A DNA stretch of 63,957 nt, counting the filler, from Chiloscyllium plagiosum (lineage: Eukaryota): NCBI RefSeq assembly GCF_004010195.1. It is 4 parts of one record of this genome, joined end to end, with 100 filler letters (N's around TTAATTAATTAA, not from the genome) between each part and the next. Parts side by side here need not be neighbours in the genome. Positions count along the whole stretch, not along the records: positions 61,671 to 63,957 come from NC_057716.1; 3 more parts are not named here. One strand, 5' to 3'. The notes under the pieces were generated by a model. It made no database searches, was not told the DNA's origin, and saw nothing but the letters and a program-made list of their open reading frames with translations. Positions 63,025 to 63,957 of this stretch are shown here, one piece after another. The position numbers and the translations under genes were made by a program. Numbering within the stretch: the first letter of the stretch is position 1; each line of letters starts with the position of its first letter.

Positions 63025-63605
63025 ATTCATTGAGTCAAAGAGTTATAAAGAATGAAAATAGACTCTTTGGTCCAACTCATCTGTGCCAACCAGATACCCT
63101 AAATTAATCTAGTCTCATTAACCAGCATTTGACCCATATCTTTCTAAATCCTTCCTATTCATGTAACATCCAGATGCCTTTTAAATGTTGTAATTGTACC
63201 AGTTTCCACCATCTCCTCTAGCAGCTCATTCTATACACAGACCACCCTCCATGTGAATAAATTTCCTCTCAGTTCCCTGCTTTTCCCTCATTATTAAAAT
63301 CTATTCCCTCCAGTTTTGGCCTCTCCTACCCTGGGAGAAAGAACTTGGTTATTCACCCGATCTAAGTCCCTCATGATTTTTTCAACCTCTATGAGGTCAC
63401 CTCTCAGCCACTGATGCTTCAAAGAAAATAGCCTCAGCTGATTCAGCCTCTCCCTTTCGCTCAAACCATCCAACTTCAGCAACATCCTTGTAAATCTTTT
63501 CTGAACCCTTGCAAGTTTCACAACATCTGGGCAACCAGAATTGAATGTCCTGAACAGCCAATGTCCTCACCAATGTCCTGAACAGCCGCAAGAAGACCTC
63601 CCTGT
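63025..63605 (-). mobile_element. CR1 3' fragment
   Basis: RVQKRFTRML...LRGDLIEV motif and 3' UTR. Confidence 0.9.
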
Positions 63606-63614
63606 CCCTATACC

Positions 63615-63957
63615 CAATAGACAGTAGACAATAGGTGCAGGAGTAGACCATTCTGCCCTTCAAGCCTGCACCACCATTCATTATGATCATGGCTGATCAT
63701 CCTTAATCAGTATCCTCTTCCTGCCTTACCTCCATAACCCTTGATTCCACTATCCTTGAGAGCTCTATCCAACTCTTTCTTAAATGAATCCAGAGATTGG
63801 GTCTCCACTGCCCTCTGGGGCAGAGCATTCCACACAGCCACCACTCTCTGGGTGAAGAAGTTTCTCCTCATCTCTGTCCTAAATGGTCTACCCCGTATTT
63901 TTAAGCTGTGTCCTCTGATTCGGGACTCACCCATTAGCGGAAACATGTTTCCTGCTG
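63615..63957 (-). mobile_element. Young CR1 3' end (different subfamily)
   Basis: RGHSLKIRGRPFRTEMRRNFFTQRVV motif. Confidence 0.92.

Overview
Eukaryotic, AT-rich, repeat-dense vertebrate DNA, almost certainly from a shark or other elasmobranch (inferred from HE1-type SINEs and HER1/CR1-type LINEs). The only host gene I can support is a minus-strand GRB7/10/14-family adaptor, best matching GRB14. Four clear coding exons cover the RA domain and the first half of the PH domain (45582-45738, 40488-40609, 38202-38276, 36227-36364). There is also a probable divergent upstream exon (51781-51901) and a candidate alternative first exon in a CpG-richer patch (46052-46126). I could not find the exons for the rest of the PH, BPS and SH2 domains. 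The rest of the window is intronic or intergenic: CR1 LINE fragments, HE1 and other SINEs, an RTE 3' end, Penelope-like element (PLE) fragments, decayed PIF/Harbinger elements and a 26-bp minisatellite. The most notable structure is a dense set of short, often palindromic, TSD-flanked PLE-derived inserts carrying minimal hammerhead-ribozyme cores. Three 100-nt N gaps contain an artificial TTAATTAATTAA spacer. Repeat boundaries are approximate and family names come from motif recall, not database searches. Almost all ORFs in the supplied track are repeat fragments or spurious.
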